A DNA stretch of 64,000 nt, taken from the IMG/VR virus record IMGVR_UViG_3300045988_175328, positions 160,001-224,000 of that record. One strand, written 5' to 3'. Source of the DNA: a virus. Shown here piece after piece: positions 56,088-64,000 of the stretch. The position numbers were made by a program, and so were the translations under genes. Below the pieces are notes generated by a model that was given only the letters and a program-made list of their open reading frames with translations, did no database searches and had not been told where the DNA came from. The first letter of the stretch is position 1; every line of letters starts with the position of its first letter.

Positions 56088-56528
56088 ATGGCTACAGCAT
56101 CAAGAATTGCAAAATATATAGTTAAAGAGGCATTAAAAAGAAAAATGCCAGTTACTAATTTAAAATTACAAAAATTATTATATTTTGTTCAAGGCGTCCA
56201 TTTGTTTATGCATGAAAAAGTCGCATTCCTAGATGAAATTATTGCTTGGCAATATGGACCTGTAGTAAAAGATGTTTACTATGAATATTCTATTTATGGA
56301 GCAAATGACATTATTCCAATCGATAAGAATGAAAAAATAATTTTATCTATGCGATTAAAGAAACTTGTAAGTTTCGTATTAGATGATTTGTTAAGATATT
56401 CAGATATTGCATTAGTCAAAGAAACAAAAAAGGAAGGCTCTCCATGGAGCCAAGTATCTTTAAATGAAGTAATCGACGAAAAAGATATATATGAATATTT
56501 CTTAAAGAACTATATACATTTTAAATAA
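56088..56528 (+). CDS. Panacea/DUF4065 (SocA-like) domain protein
   Basis: IAKYIVKEALKRKMPVTNLKLQKLLYFVQGVHLFMHEKVAFLDEIIAWQYGPVVKDVYYEYSIYG. Confidence 0.85.
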   Translation: MATASRIAKYIVKEALKRKMPVTNLKLQKLLYFVQGVHLFMHEKVAFLDEIIAWQYGPVVKDVYYEYSIYGANDIIPIDKNEKIILSMRLKKLVSFVLDDLLRYSDIALVKETKKEGSPWSQVSLNEVIDEKDIYEYFLKNYIHFK

Positions 56529-56553
56529 TAATTAATTAAATGAGGGAACAACT

Positions 56554-56877
56554 ATGAGAATGATTAAAATGAAAAAAGAAGTTTTTGAAGCTAAAAAAAG
56601 ATGTCTTATCACTAAAACTATTATCCTAACAAGCGTTTTCTGGCTTTTAATTACACTTACATTTGAATTTTTAAATACTCCAAAATATCATGAGGCATAT
56701 AAGATTCATACCATTCAAAACAATGAAACTGTTTGGGATGTCGCCGATAAATATAGTCATAATTTAGTCGACAAACGAATCTTAGTTAACGAAATCATTC
56801 AAGATAATGATCTCGGAAAAGATGCGATTACGTATAATGGTATGAAACTAATTGTTCGTGAACGTATCTCTAAATAG
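56554..56877 (+). CDS. Membrane-anchored LysM-like (YneA-like) protein
   Basis: TM segment then YKIHTIQNNETVWDVADKYSHN...ILVNEIIQDNDLGKDAITYNGMKLIVRE. Confidence 0.6.
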   Translation: MRMIKMKKEVFEAKKRCLITKTIILTSVFWLLITLTFEFLNTPKYHEAYKIHTIQNNETVWDVADKYSHNLVDKRILVNEIIQDNDLGKDAITYNGMKLIVRERISK

Positions 56878-56887
56878 AGGTGATATT

Positions 56888-57163
56888 ATGATTATCGAAA
56901 CAGAAACTAATTTAATTGTGCCGCCAGGCGAAACAATTAAAGAACAAATGAAGCAAAAGAATATTTCTTTAAAAGAATTAGCTAAAGCTATTGATGAAGA
57001 TGAAGAACGAACTCAAGAATTACTTGAAGGTGATATTCGCATGCAGCGAAAACATATGGAAGGACTAGAGCAAATTCTAGGAATACCATTTAGATTTTGG
57101 CGCAATCTTGAAGACAACTATCGTAACGAACTAGATGAATGGGAAGATGAGGCCTGGTCATGA
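56888..57163 (+). CDS. HigA/VapI-type HTH antitoxin-like protein
   Basis: IVPPGETIKEQMKQKNISLKELAKAIDEDEERTQELLEGDIRMQRKHMEGLEQILGIPFRFWRNLEDNYR. Confidence 0.75.
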   Translation: MIIETETNLIVPPGETIKEQMKQKNISLKELAKAIDEDEERTQELLEGDIRMQRKHMEGLEQILGIPFRFWRNLEDNYRNELDEWEDEAWS

Positions 57164-57615
57164 GTCTTGAAGAAGAATTAAATGCATACAAACTAGATCT
57201 TTTAGAGAATACTAAATACTTCACGATAGAAGAATTAGCTGATTTGTATGAGAATGGTCAGCTAGATGTCCACTACAATGCAGACAAAACTGAACATTGG
57301 ACTAATAAAAAACAAGATAAATTAATTAAAAATATTCTCTTAGGATTTCCGATTCCTACAATCTTCTTACAAGAGAAAGATGGAGAATATCTTGTTATAG
57401 ATGGGTATAATAGACTTTTTACTATTTTAAGATTTTTGAATGTAATCGTAGCATGGAATGCACATGTATATAGATTCCCATACAAAGTTGAAATGTATCA
57501 TCCAAAATTGCCATCTTTTAAAGAGACAACTTGGGATAATGGCGGCAAAAGACTTTCGAAAAAATTAAAAGAAAAGTTTTTAAATTATCGAATACCAGTA
57601 TATTTTATAAAATAA
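57160..57615 (+). CDS. Short DUF262-like protein (ParB/Srx-fold N-terminal domain only)
   Basis: YENGQLDVHYNADKTEHWTNKKQDKLIKNILLGFPIPTIFLQEKDGEYLVIDGYNRLFTILRFL. Confidence 0.7.
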   Translation: MSLEEELNAYKLDLLENTKYFTIEELADLYENGQLDVHYNADKTEHWTNKKQDKLIKNILLGFPIPTIFLQEKDGEYLVIDGYNRLFTILRFLNVIVAWNAHVYRFPYKVEMYHPKLPSFKETTWDNGGKRLSKKLKEKFLNYRIPVYFIK

Positions 57616-57642
57616 TTTTTGTTATTTTTCATTTATTTACTC

Positions 57643-57671
57643 TTGTATTTTTTGTAATATAGGAGTATAAT
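57643..57671 (+). promoter_or_regulatory. Sigma-A-type promoter for long ncRNA
   Basis: TTGTAT-N17-TATAAT. Confidence 0.65.
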
Positions 57672-57677
57672 ATTTGT

Positions 57678-58952
57678 TGAATAAATATTGTTTGTAGTTT
57701 TATATTATTTTTTTAATTTTTAGATGTCCCATACGTCTTAAAATCATATTTTATATAATAAAAGACAGTAGTTTAACTATTGTTTCTGTGATTTACAATG
57801 AAGAAATACCCCTATGTTTCTTCTCAATGCAAAACTACAATCCCATCTAAGTTAGGTTAGGATAACGTGACCTAACAGTTCGCTCCAAAATCCTTACACC
57901 AGGATGGCTTAGTCTCTACAAGAGCTTGCGACTCTTGAATAGTGGACAGGCATGGGAGGGTGTCCTTGTACTTTAATTTTAATTTGTTTTTAGTATTTTA
58001 ATACTGATTATGTAACAAAAACGATTTTTATAACAAAAAAACGAATCATTAACACTTTAAAGTACATGTAGGCTATATGTAAGACCTAAAGGGAATACCT
58101 GGCTACCTTCTGTAACCGTATCTGAAAGCCGGAGAAAGCATTGCTACGGATTCGTCATGTAGTAGCGTTTGCAGTCCTTACCTGGACTTTAAATAGCGGG
58201 TGTTGCGAGCCCATGTAAGCGAAATCAGCAAAGGTACCCGTACTTAGTCTTCCTGAGTACGGATCCTACAAACGGGATGAAGGAACTACTGAATCCCTTA
58301 TAGTATTACACTGTAATGGTAATTAGTAAGGTAAACATAAGAAATAGTGTCTCGCAAGCATGAGTTACCGAACGTTGCATTAATATAGCTATATTAGCTG
58401 TGAATTGGATCTTTCGCCACAGTTTACACTGTAAATGTAGATCTGGAGCTAATATATAGGCGGCCTGTGTTAATGAGTAGTAGCTATGATTAAATGAGTT
58501 CGGGGGTATCAACTGGACGAGCTAATGAAGACGTAAGTCTTTGTTAGTATGTTGAGGTTGGCTTCCGTATGGACGATATCGGAGCCGGATTCCGTTCGAT
58601 AGGCAAGGTGCGAGAGATCGTGAACCCTACCTAGCATGTAGAAGTAGAACCTAGACGCATGGTAAGAACGGTTATTATTTTTCTAGCTGTTGTATCTGAA
58701 TATGTCGTAAGACATTGGAAGGATATATGCAAAAGCAGTACAGTTGTTAAATAAAACTGGAAGTAGAGATCTAATAAAGTATAGGAAGACGCCTTAGGGC
58801 AAAACTTAATTTTTTAATCCAGTAGGATTAGTCTGCCCAAAAGGAGTTAACTTACCCCCGTACGAAGAATATAAGCTGTTATCTTAAGATAGCTGGCGTA
58901 AACTGATTAGATCGGTTTGTCAGAACTGTCTTAGGATAACAGCTATTTTTTT
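57678..58952 (+). ncRNA. Large (~1.28 kb) structured non-coding RNA candidate
   Basis: No supported ORF; many hairpins incl. GNRA-capped ATGTC-GTAA-GACAT and GAAGAC-GTAA-GTCTTT; closing stem AGCTGTTATCTTAAG/CTTAGGATAACAGCT then ATTTTTTTAT. Confidence 0.7.
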
Positions 58953-59040
58953 ATACTGAAATTGATACTGTAGAACTGATACTTATTATCTGACTTAACT
59001 CTAATGGTAACTGCGTCCTATTTATATTTAATAAGGCTTT

Positions 59041-59190
59041 AGATAGGGGGCGTGAAAATAGAGCTGAATCTTTATCAAAAGCAGAGTAATCTCTGCGCGT
59101 TGATAATCAGTTAGTATCGGTAATACAGAATTAAGATAGAATTAGTGCTATGTTTGTAGCTTCGGTAATTTGCAGATACAGAAAGGACAG
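59041..59190 (+). ncRNA. Structured leader upstream of 59199 gene
   Basis: TTATCAA-aa-GCAGAG-taat-CTCTGC-gcg-TTGATAA nested stem. Confidence 0.5.
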
Positions 59191-59198
59191 GACGAGAA

Positions 59199-59633
59199 TT
59201 GAGTAAGGCTAAAGAACAAGAATTAGAACGAGTAATTACAGAGTTATTAGAATGTTATGATTTCGAGGCTAATACCGATCTATTGATTCGAGCCATGAAT
59301 ACAGAATTAGTAGGATTATATGATGATAATGGTGACTCTTTTACTATCGGCAATCTTACAAGAGGTGCTATGCGAGTACTGTTATCTAACTGGGACAAAT
59401 GGAGAATTACAGAAGAACAGCCTGAAATTGTAGGGATGTTTGTCATATCAGTTATTAAGAACTATATCGGAATGAGAGCATATGATCCTAGAGCGGCCGA
59501 ACGAATCAACTTATACATGCAAATGTTTCTAGCAGAAGATGAAGCAGATGTTTATCAATTACACTTAGATTTCATACTAGGAGTAGACGATTGCGACTGT
59601 GAGGAACTAGACGAAGTAGAGGTGTTACATTAA
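59199..59633 (+). CDS. Hypothetical protein, paralog of 59711-60163 (TTG start)
   Basis: DDNGDSFTIGNLTRGAMRVL...GMFVISVIKNYIGMRAYDPRAAERI...MQMFLAEDEAD...LDFILG. Confidence 0.65.
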   Translation: MSKAKEQELERVITELLECYDFEANTDLLIRAMNTELVGLYDDNGDSFTIGNLTRGAMRVLLSNWDKWRITEEQPEIVGMFVISVIKNYIGMRAYDPRAAERINLYMQMFLAEDEADVYQLHLDFILGVDDCDCEELDEVEVLH

Positions 59634-59710
59634 GATATCATGGCTGCCTCTAGTTCTGAAAGGGAGGAGTCTGCCCAAAATTAAGTATTATTAAAATAGG
59701 AGTATTTAAA

Positions 59711-60163
59711 ATGAGTGCCGATAAAGAGTTAAATATACTCAAGCTAATAAAAGATATCAGTAAAAATGATTTTAGTATTTTACAAGATAAAGATAAAATG
59801 GCTCGTTATATGAAAATAAAATTGCTTGATACAGATGAAGGTGAATCACTTACGCTTGGCAATTTAATAGAAGGAGCCTTAAAACTTGCAAAACGAGATC
59901 ATAATATCCATCGTCTTATGAAACAAGATATGAAAACAGCTGGAATGTATTTTTTAGGTGTCCTTAGCGTTCATGCTAAATTGTATGTTAAAAGAGATCC
60001 AGAAACAGATGAAAGATTCTTCTCTTATATTCATGCATATAAAGCTAAGACTAATGAAGAAATTGATTTCATGAGAGATAATTTTATATTAGGACAAATT
60101 AGTGATATTAGTGATGATGAAATTTTAAATAGAGATGAAATTTTTAATTTAATCAATAGCTAA
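59711..60163 (+). CDS. Hypothetical protein, paralog of 59199-59633
   Basis: DTDEGESLTLGNLIEGALKLA...GMYFLGVLSVHAKLYVKRDPETDERF...DNFILG. Confidence 0.65.
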   Translation: MSADKELNILKLIKDISKNDFSILQDKDKMARYMKIKLLDTDEGESLTLGNLIEGALKLAKRDHNIHRLMKQDMKTAGMYFLGVLSVHAKLYVKRDPETDERFFSYIHAYKAKTNEEIDFMRDNFILGQISDISDDEILNRDEIFNLINS

Positions 60164-60239
60164 TATTAAATCTTAGTTCTCGATAATTAAAGCTAATTGT
60201 GATATAATAGGATCAGATTCTTAAAGAAAGGAGGTCAGT

Positions 60240-60836
60240 ATGAATAGGAAATTTAGAGTGCCATTTAACCCTAAGAAGTTATTACGGGAGCTTCAACAAG
60301 AGCGACAACGAACTATTGAAGCAGCGCGGATTAAGATTACGATTCCTGAAGAAAAACCGAAGGTCGTCGATATTGAGCCTAAGGTTACTGTCTTTGATGA
60401 AGAAATGAAACAGACTTCTCAAGTAGCTGATGACAAGCTTAAGAAGATTAGCTGTCCAGAGCATAACGAGAAATACACTAAAGAAGAGCTTATCGAAATG
60501 TTAGTTCGCGGCAAGGAAGCTTTAGTATATATTCACAACAATTATAATAATTGGGGCGAAATCGTTAACGAATCTGATCAAGCCATTGGCGATATTAGAC
60601 ATTATGTCGAGCTTAATTATCCAGAAGATGCTGAGTCGCAACAATTAGTCTGTGAGTTAATACGAGATTATTCAAAGCGCCGCCGCATGTATAAAGACAT
60701 GCAATGCATCTTTGAATCAGTTCTCGATATCAACAAGGATATCTATGAGAAGATTAACAAAGTTAAAACAGTATCTTTTAGACAAGAATCTGGACGAGTC
60801 TATCGTCCACGAGTATTAAGCGAGCTCTTTGAATGA
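60240..60836 (+). CDS. Hypothetical protein
   Basis: ORF with SD aaaggagg; extended -10 TGATATAAT upstream (~60202). Confidence 0.6.
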   Translation: MNRKFRVPFNPKKLLRELQQERQRTIEAARIKITIPEEKPKVVDIEPKVTVFDEEMKQTSQVADDKLKKISCPEHNEKYTKEELIEMLVRGKEALVYIHNNYNNWGEIVNESDQAIGDIRHYVELNYPEDAESQQLVCELIRDYSKRRRMYKDMQCIFESVLDINKDIYEKINKVKTVSFRQESGRVYRPRVLSELFE

Positions 60837-61044
60837 GGTGATGGTTGTGAGCTTACTAAAAAGAAATGATTCTGATACTGTCGTCGATTATGTAAAAGAA
60901 GATAATCAGCGGCGCATGTGTCAGAAAGCCGGAGTTGTCTTCGGATCGGTACTTAATGTGTCGATTATCACAGGGAAAGCGTTTCTTAAGGCTGCCGGAG
61001 AAGAGCTTAAGAAACTTCCTTATGAACTATCCAAGATCCGGTAA
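60829..61044 (+). CDS. Hypothetical protein
   Basis: ORF. Confidence 0.45.
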   Translation: MNEVMVVSLLKRNDSDTVVDYVKEDNQRRMCQKAGVVFGSVLNVSIITGKAFLKAAGEELKKLPYELSKIR

Positions 61045-61086
61045 TATTAGAGCAGTAAATTTGTTCTAATAAAGGAAATTAGTATT

Positions 61087-61416
61087 ATGTTTGAACATGC
61101 TACGATTATAAAACTCGATGGCGCGATTCAAATACGTCCGAATGATAAGACAGAAGAACTTAATCTGTATATCGAGACGCTATTTAATTTAGTTCGCCGA
61201 AAGAAAGGCGCTGCACAAGGCCCGTTCTTACAGAATAATTTAATTAAACTATTCTGGCACGGCAATGCGATTGAAGCTTATATCGGCGAAACTCATATCG
61301 AAGTTTTTAAAAATCTAATCAAACTCTATGTCGACGTCGAATCGAAAGACCATCGCCATATTGTTAACACATTTAAATCAGTGTTTGTATTCTTAAAGAA
61401 CGCACTGATTAGTTAA
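61087..61416 (+). CDS. Hypothetical protein
   Basis: ORF with upstream SD-like sequence. Confidence 0.5.
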   Translation: MFEHATIIKLDGAIQIRPNDKTEELNLYIETLFNLVRRKKGAAQGPFLQNNLIKLFWHGNAIEAYIGETHIEVFKNLIKLYVDVESKDHRHIVNTFKSVFVFLKNALIS

Positions 61417-61420
61417 AGGT

Positions 61421-61450
61421 AAGCTCCGGGTAATACCGGGGCTTTTTCTA
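61421..61450 (+). terminator. Intrinsic terminator
   Basis: AGCTCCGGG-taat-aCCGGGGCTTTTTCT. Confidence 0.7.
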
Positions 61451-61465
61451 TTTCTGGAGGTCTGA

Positions 61466-61579
61466 ATGCGAGAAATAAAAATTCGTTTAAATCCCACTAG
61501 AATGATTCTTTTAGACATTCTGATTGCGGTCGGATGGTTTGTCGTAGGATATTATACTGCTAAAGCGGGGTTATTATAA
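61466..61579 (+). CDS. Small single-TM protein (not in ORF track)
   Basis: MREIKIRLNPTRMILLDILIAVGWFVVGYYTAKAGLL; SD ctggaggt. Confidence 0.5.
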   Translation: MREIKIRLNPTRMILLDILIAVGWFVVGYYTAKAGLL

Positions 61580-62031
61580 TGGAACTTGTGTATCAAATAA
61601 CTACATCAGGATTATTGTTTGCCTTAGTGTTTGTTGTAGCTTATTCTATTAAAACTTTTTACGAGCTATTCCAAGAGAATACTAAATTACGCAAAATTAT
61701 TGATCGTCAGAACGCTGCCGTTAATGCTTTTTCACTCGTTAAAGCTAGAGAACGATATGAATCAATTTATGGTCCGACTAATTATACTAATATTATCCAT
61801 CTAGCATCAGAATACAAACATGGTTTTAAAATCCCAGAAGAAATGCAAGCTTTAGCTTGGCAAATTAAAACAGGATTTTTATATACGACATATGTATTTG
61901 AAGACGATGAATATAAAATTAAGATGTATTTTTTAACAGATGTCGAAGACTATAAAAATACAGATTTCTATCGTGAATATGAAGCATTAACAGCTTCTGT
62001 TGTTATCGGTAAGAACATTGAAAAAGATTAA
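61579..62031 (+). CDS. Membrane-anchored hypothetical protein
   Basis: N-terminal TM (LLFALVFVVAYSI). Confidence 0.5.
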   Translation: MELVYQITTSGLLFALVFVVAYSIKTFYELFQENTKLRKIIDRQNAAVNAFSLVKARERYESIYGPTNYTNIIHLASEYKHGFKIPEEMQALAWQIKTGFLYTTYVFEDDEYKIKMYFLTDVEDYKNTDFYREYEALTASVVIGKNIEKD

Positions 62032-62491
62032 TCTTTACTGGGTCGGTAATATTACAGTATTAAAATTCCTCGGGGAATTTGATTCGAGCAAGAAAGCACT
62101 TGCTAGTATTGATGATTATCTCGATAATTGTTTAAATAGCCGCTTTCATGCGAACAGATTGTATCGATTTATCGGTGATGAATCAGATGGAGAAATTACG
62201 ATAGATTACGGTCCATATACTTGTTTCTATCATATGTTCTTCAACGAAGATAGACCGAAACGATACTGGATCCAAGCATCTCATAATCCTCATACCGATA
62301 CATTTATTTTACGATGTATTTATCTCGATGATCAATTCAAGTATTTTTACGACGGAAATAAAAATTGTATCACTATCGAAGGTTTTAAGATATACTATGA
62401 TCGAGAGTATTCAATTAAATTTTATAATAAATTAATTAATCATCTCGAAAGGTATTATCAAAAATACTGGCCTGAATTTGCTAAAAAGTAG
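62018..62491 (+). CDS. Hypothetical protein (start uncertain, TTG at 62000 or 62018)
   Basis: KKINLYWVGNITVLKFLGEFDSSKK... Confidence 0.5.
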   Translation: MKKINLYWVGNITVLKFLGEFDSSKKALASIDDYLDNCLNSRFHANRLYRFIGDESDGEITIDYGPYTCFYHMFFNEDRPKRYWIQASHNPHTDTFILRCIYLDDQFKYFYDGNKNCITIEGFKIYYDREYSIKFYNKLINHLERYYQKYWPEFAKK

Positions 62492-62506
62492 ATTTTAAGG
62501 TATAAT
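62478..62506 (+). promoter_or_regulatory. Sigma-A-type promoter
   Basis: TTGCTA-N17-TATAAT. Confidence 0.65.
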
Positions 62507-62595
62507 CTAATTGTAACGAAATATTTAGTTTAAAGAGTATAGGCAAGCTTTTGAACTAACAGAGTATAATCTAATCCCGAAAGGAGTATTCTACT

Positions 62596-62922
62596 ATGTT
62601 TACTAAAATTGTTTCTGCATTAAGTCTTTCTGTCCTGTGCCTTCTTGGCACAGTTACTACAGCACACGCATCACAAATCATGAATGTAAGTGCTTATGTT
62701 GCGACTGGTAATCCAATGGCTAACGGCGAATATCCTTATGAAGGCGCTGTAGCCAGTGATGATTTGCCATTCGGAACGCGGCTACTTATCGCTGGACGAG
62801 AATATGTCGTTAAGGACCGTTTTGGCGGCGGTTACACCGATAGAATTGATATCTTCATGGATTCCTATGATGATGCAATTAATTTCGGACGCCAATATTT
62901 ACCTGTCGAAATTATTAGTTAG
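62596..62922 (+). CDS. Secreted 3D/RlpA-like double-psi-beta-barrel protein
   Basis: Signal peptide MFTKIVSALSLSVLCLLGTVTTAHAS; NVSAYVATGNPMANGEYPYEGAVASDDLPFGTRLLIAGREYVVKDRFGGGYTDRIDIFMDSYDDAINFGRQYLPVEII. Confidence 0.8.
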   Translation: MFTKIVSALSLSVLCLLGTVTTAHASQIMNVSAYVATGNPMANGEYPYEGAVASDDLPFGTRLLIAGREYVVKDRFGGGYTDRIDIFMDSYDDAINFGRQYLPVEIIS

Positions 62923-62945
62923 AATAAAGGAGGCCTGAGATCCAA

Positions 62946-63365
62946 TTGGATCACCTCGAGGATTTTAAAACAAAATTATCATTTGGCTCGCTAATATTAG
63001 CAGTCATATCTCCATTAACAGTATTCGGACATATCGATTACTTAATTGGATTTGCAATTGTGGCTTCATTAATGCTACCATTGTTTTTAATAGTAGCTTT
63101 TATGCTAACACTATTAATCTATATCGTTCTTCGGAAACAAGATATTGATCCTGAGAAGAAACGATATGTGCTTTACAAGCCAGTTATCCTGGCTATTGTT
63201 TCAGGAATAGGTTTAATCGTTAATTTTATAATGGCACTACGAATTTACGAGCCAGCAATCGATATTTATATCATGATGGCGATTGTCGTATATTCTATCT
63301 GCTTTAATATTGTTAATAGTATTAGCCTATTTCGATCTATTGTTAAAGTCTCGTTTAGAGAATAA
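62946..63365 (+). CDS. Multi-pass membrane protein
   Basis: Several hydrophobic segments. Confidence 0.5.
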   Translation: MDHLEDFKTKLSFGSLILAVISPLTVFGHIDYLIGFAIVASLMLPLFLIVAFMLTLLIYIVLRKQDIDPEKKRYVLYKPVILAIVSGIGLIVNFIMALRIYEPAIDIYIMMAIVVYSICFNIVNSISLFRSIVKVSFRE

Positions 63366-63370
63366 TTAAA

Positions 63371-63745
63371 ATGGATTACGACATATACTTTAAGAGGCCG
63401 ACTTCATCTAAAAAAGAGATGAGAGTTTCAGTGCCTCATACGTTACAGGAACCAAAGTTTTCCGATAAATGGAAAGCTTTTTGTGAGGGCCGCAAACTAG
63501 AATTTTTAAATTATCTTGAACTCGAAGAATTGTATCGTTACGTTACATTCCATGGAGTAAGAATTACACTTATCGGGCTCGATATACTACTTCTTGATCA
63601 CAAGAAATTTACGTTAATCGATGCCTACAAATTCCTATCAGAATATTTTAAGATTGATGAGTATCAGCCCGGTAAGATTTACGAAGATGATTACATTAAA
63701 AACGATAGTTGCGGAAAGGGGTGCAATCGATGCAAACCGATGTGA
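63371..63745 (+). CDS. Hypothetical protein with Cys-rich C-terminus
   Basis: ...DDYIKNDSCGKGCNRCKPM. Confidence 0.5.
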   Translation: MDYDIYFKRPTSSKKEMRVSVPHTLQEPKFSDKWKAFCEGRKLEFLNYLELEELYRYVTFHGVRITLIGLDILLLDHKKFTLIDAYKFLSEYFKIDEYQPGKIYEDDYIKNDSCGKGCNRCKPM

Positions 63746-64000
63746 TGTACAACAACATACTCACAACTCACAACATCATCGTTAAGCTGAATAATTCAGG
63801 TTATGATTACGATGAAAAAACAATCGATCTCTTAAAAGAGATTATCCTTCTTCATGTGATGAGTTATACTAGTTATAGTATTATTAACAGAGATAGCCCA
63901 CTTGAAGAAGAATCGAGTAGTTTGATTGCTACGATGAAACAGATTATCGATAAGGAGTATAATAAACCCGTGTTCGATAAAGATATGTTAGATCGTATTA
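63730..64000 (+). CDS. Hypothetical protein, truncated by window end
   Basis: MQTDVMYNNILTTHNIIVKLNNSGYDYDEKTIDLLKEIILLHVMSY... open to end. Confidence 0.5.
   Translation, partial: MQTDVMYNNILTTHNIIVKLNNSGYDYDEKTIDLLKEIILLHVMSYTSYSIINRDSPLEEESSSLIATMKQIIDKEYNKPVFDKDMLDRI

Noticed and set aside
58306-58512. Minus-strand 68-aa ORF in the large ncRNA region
   Set aside because: Coincides with structured RNA; no SD and no recognisable domain.
57678-59198. tRNA genes within the long structured region
   Set aside because: No convincing cloverleaf with the GTTCGA(A/N)TC T-arm could be assembled by eye; tRNAscan-SE/ARAGORN should be run to confirm.

Overview
The window looks like part of the genome of a large, AT-rich tailed phage, probably infecting a Bacillota-type host. 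This rests on SD-led genes, sigma-A-like promoters, and phage tail, lysis and replication genes. The host cannot be named from the sequence alone. Left part (0-20 kb): the 3' end of a DnaE-type DNA polymerase III alpha gene split by two related group I introns, a tandem series of small tail/fibre-like paralogs, a 1670-aa Ala/Lys/Glu-rich fibre, further repeat-rich fibre and collar proteins, a holin-like protein and an amidase endolysin. At 20.6-25.4 kb there is a 1608-aa (ORF-track length) protein that I read as a divergent double-psi-beta-barrel RNA polymerase of the QDE-1/YonO/crAss-gp66 type (DGQAYGS, WQVRTNTGKGQ, GMDFDGD). It lies behind an approximately 650-nt, partly duplicated and structured leader. 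From 25.4 to 32 kb, small unknown genes share recurring leader parts: AAATCCTC hairpins, short hairpins followed by TAAACTG, and a mini-hairpin directly 5' of the SD. From 32.1 to 34.2 kb there is repeat-rich non-coding DNA. From 34.5 to 46 kb there is an array of diverged paralogous small proteins in at least two families. One of these genes appears to have lost its ATG (ATA). At 47.4-49.6 kb an IStron (group I intron carrying tnpB) interrupts a small gene. An HU gene lies on the minus strand. At 51.75-51.96 kb there is a probable dedicated small RNA gene with a perfect-consensus promoter and rod-like fold. At 53-57.6 kb there are MqsA-like, Panacea/DUF4065, HigA-like and DUF262-like genes. 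At 57.64-58.95 kb there is a promoter- and terminator-bounded, approximately 1.28-kb highly structured non-coding RNA candidate. Best leads: the RdRP-like polymerase with its leader, the 1.28-kb RNA, the 51.8-kb small RNA, the modular leader elements and the paralog array.
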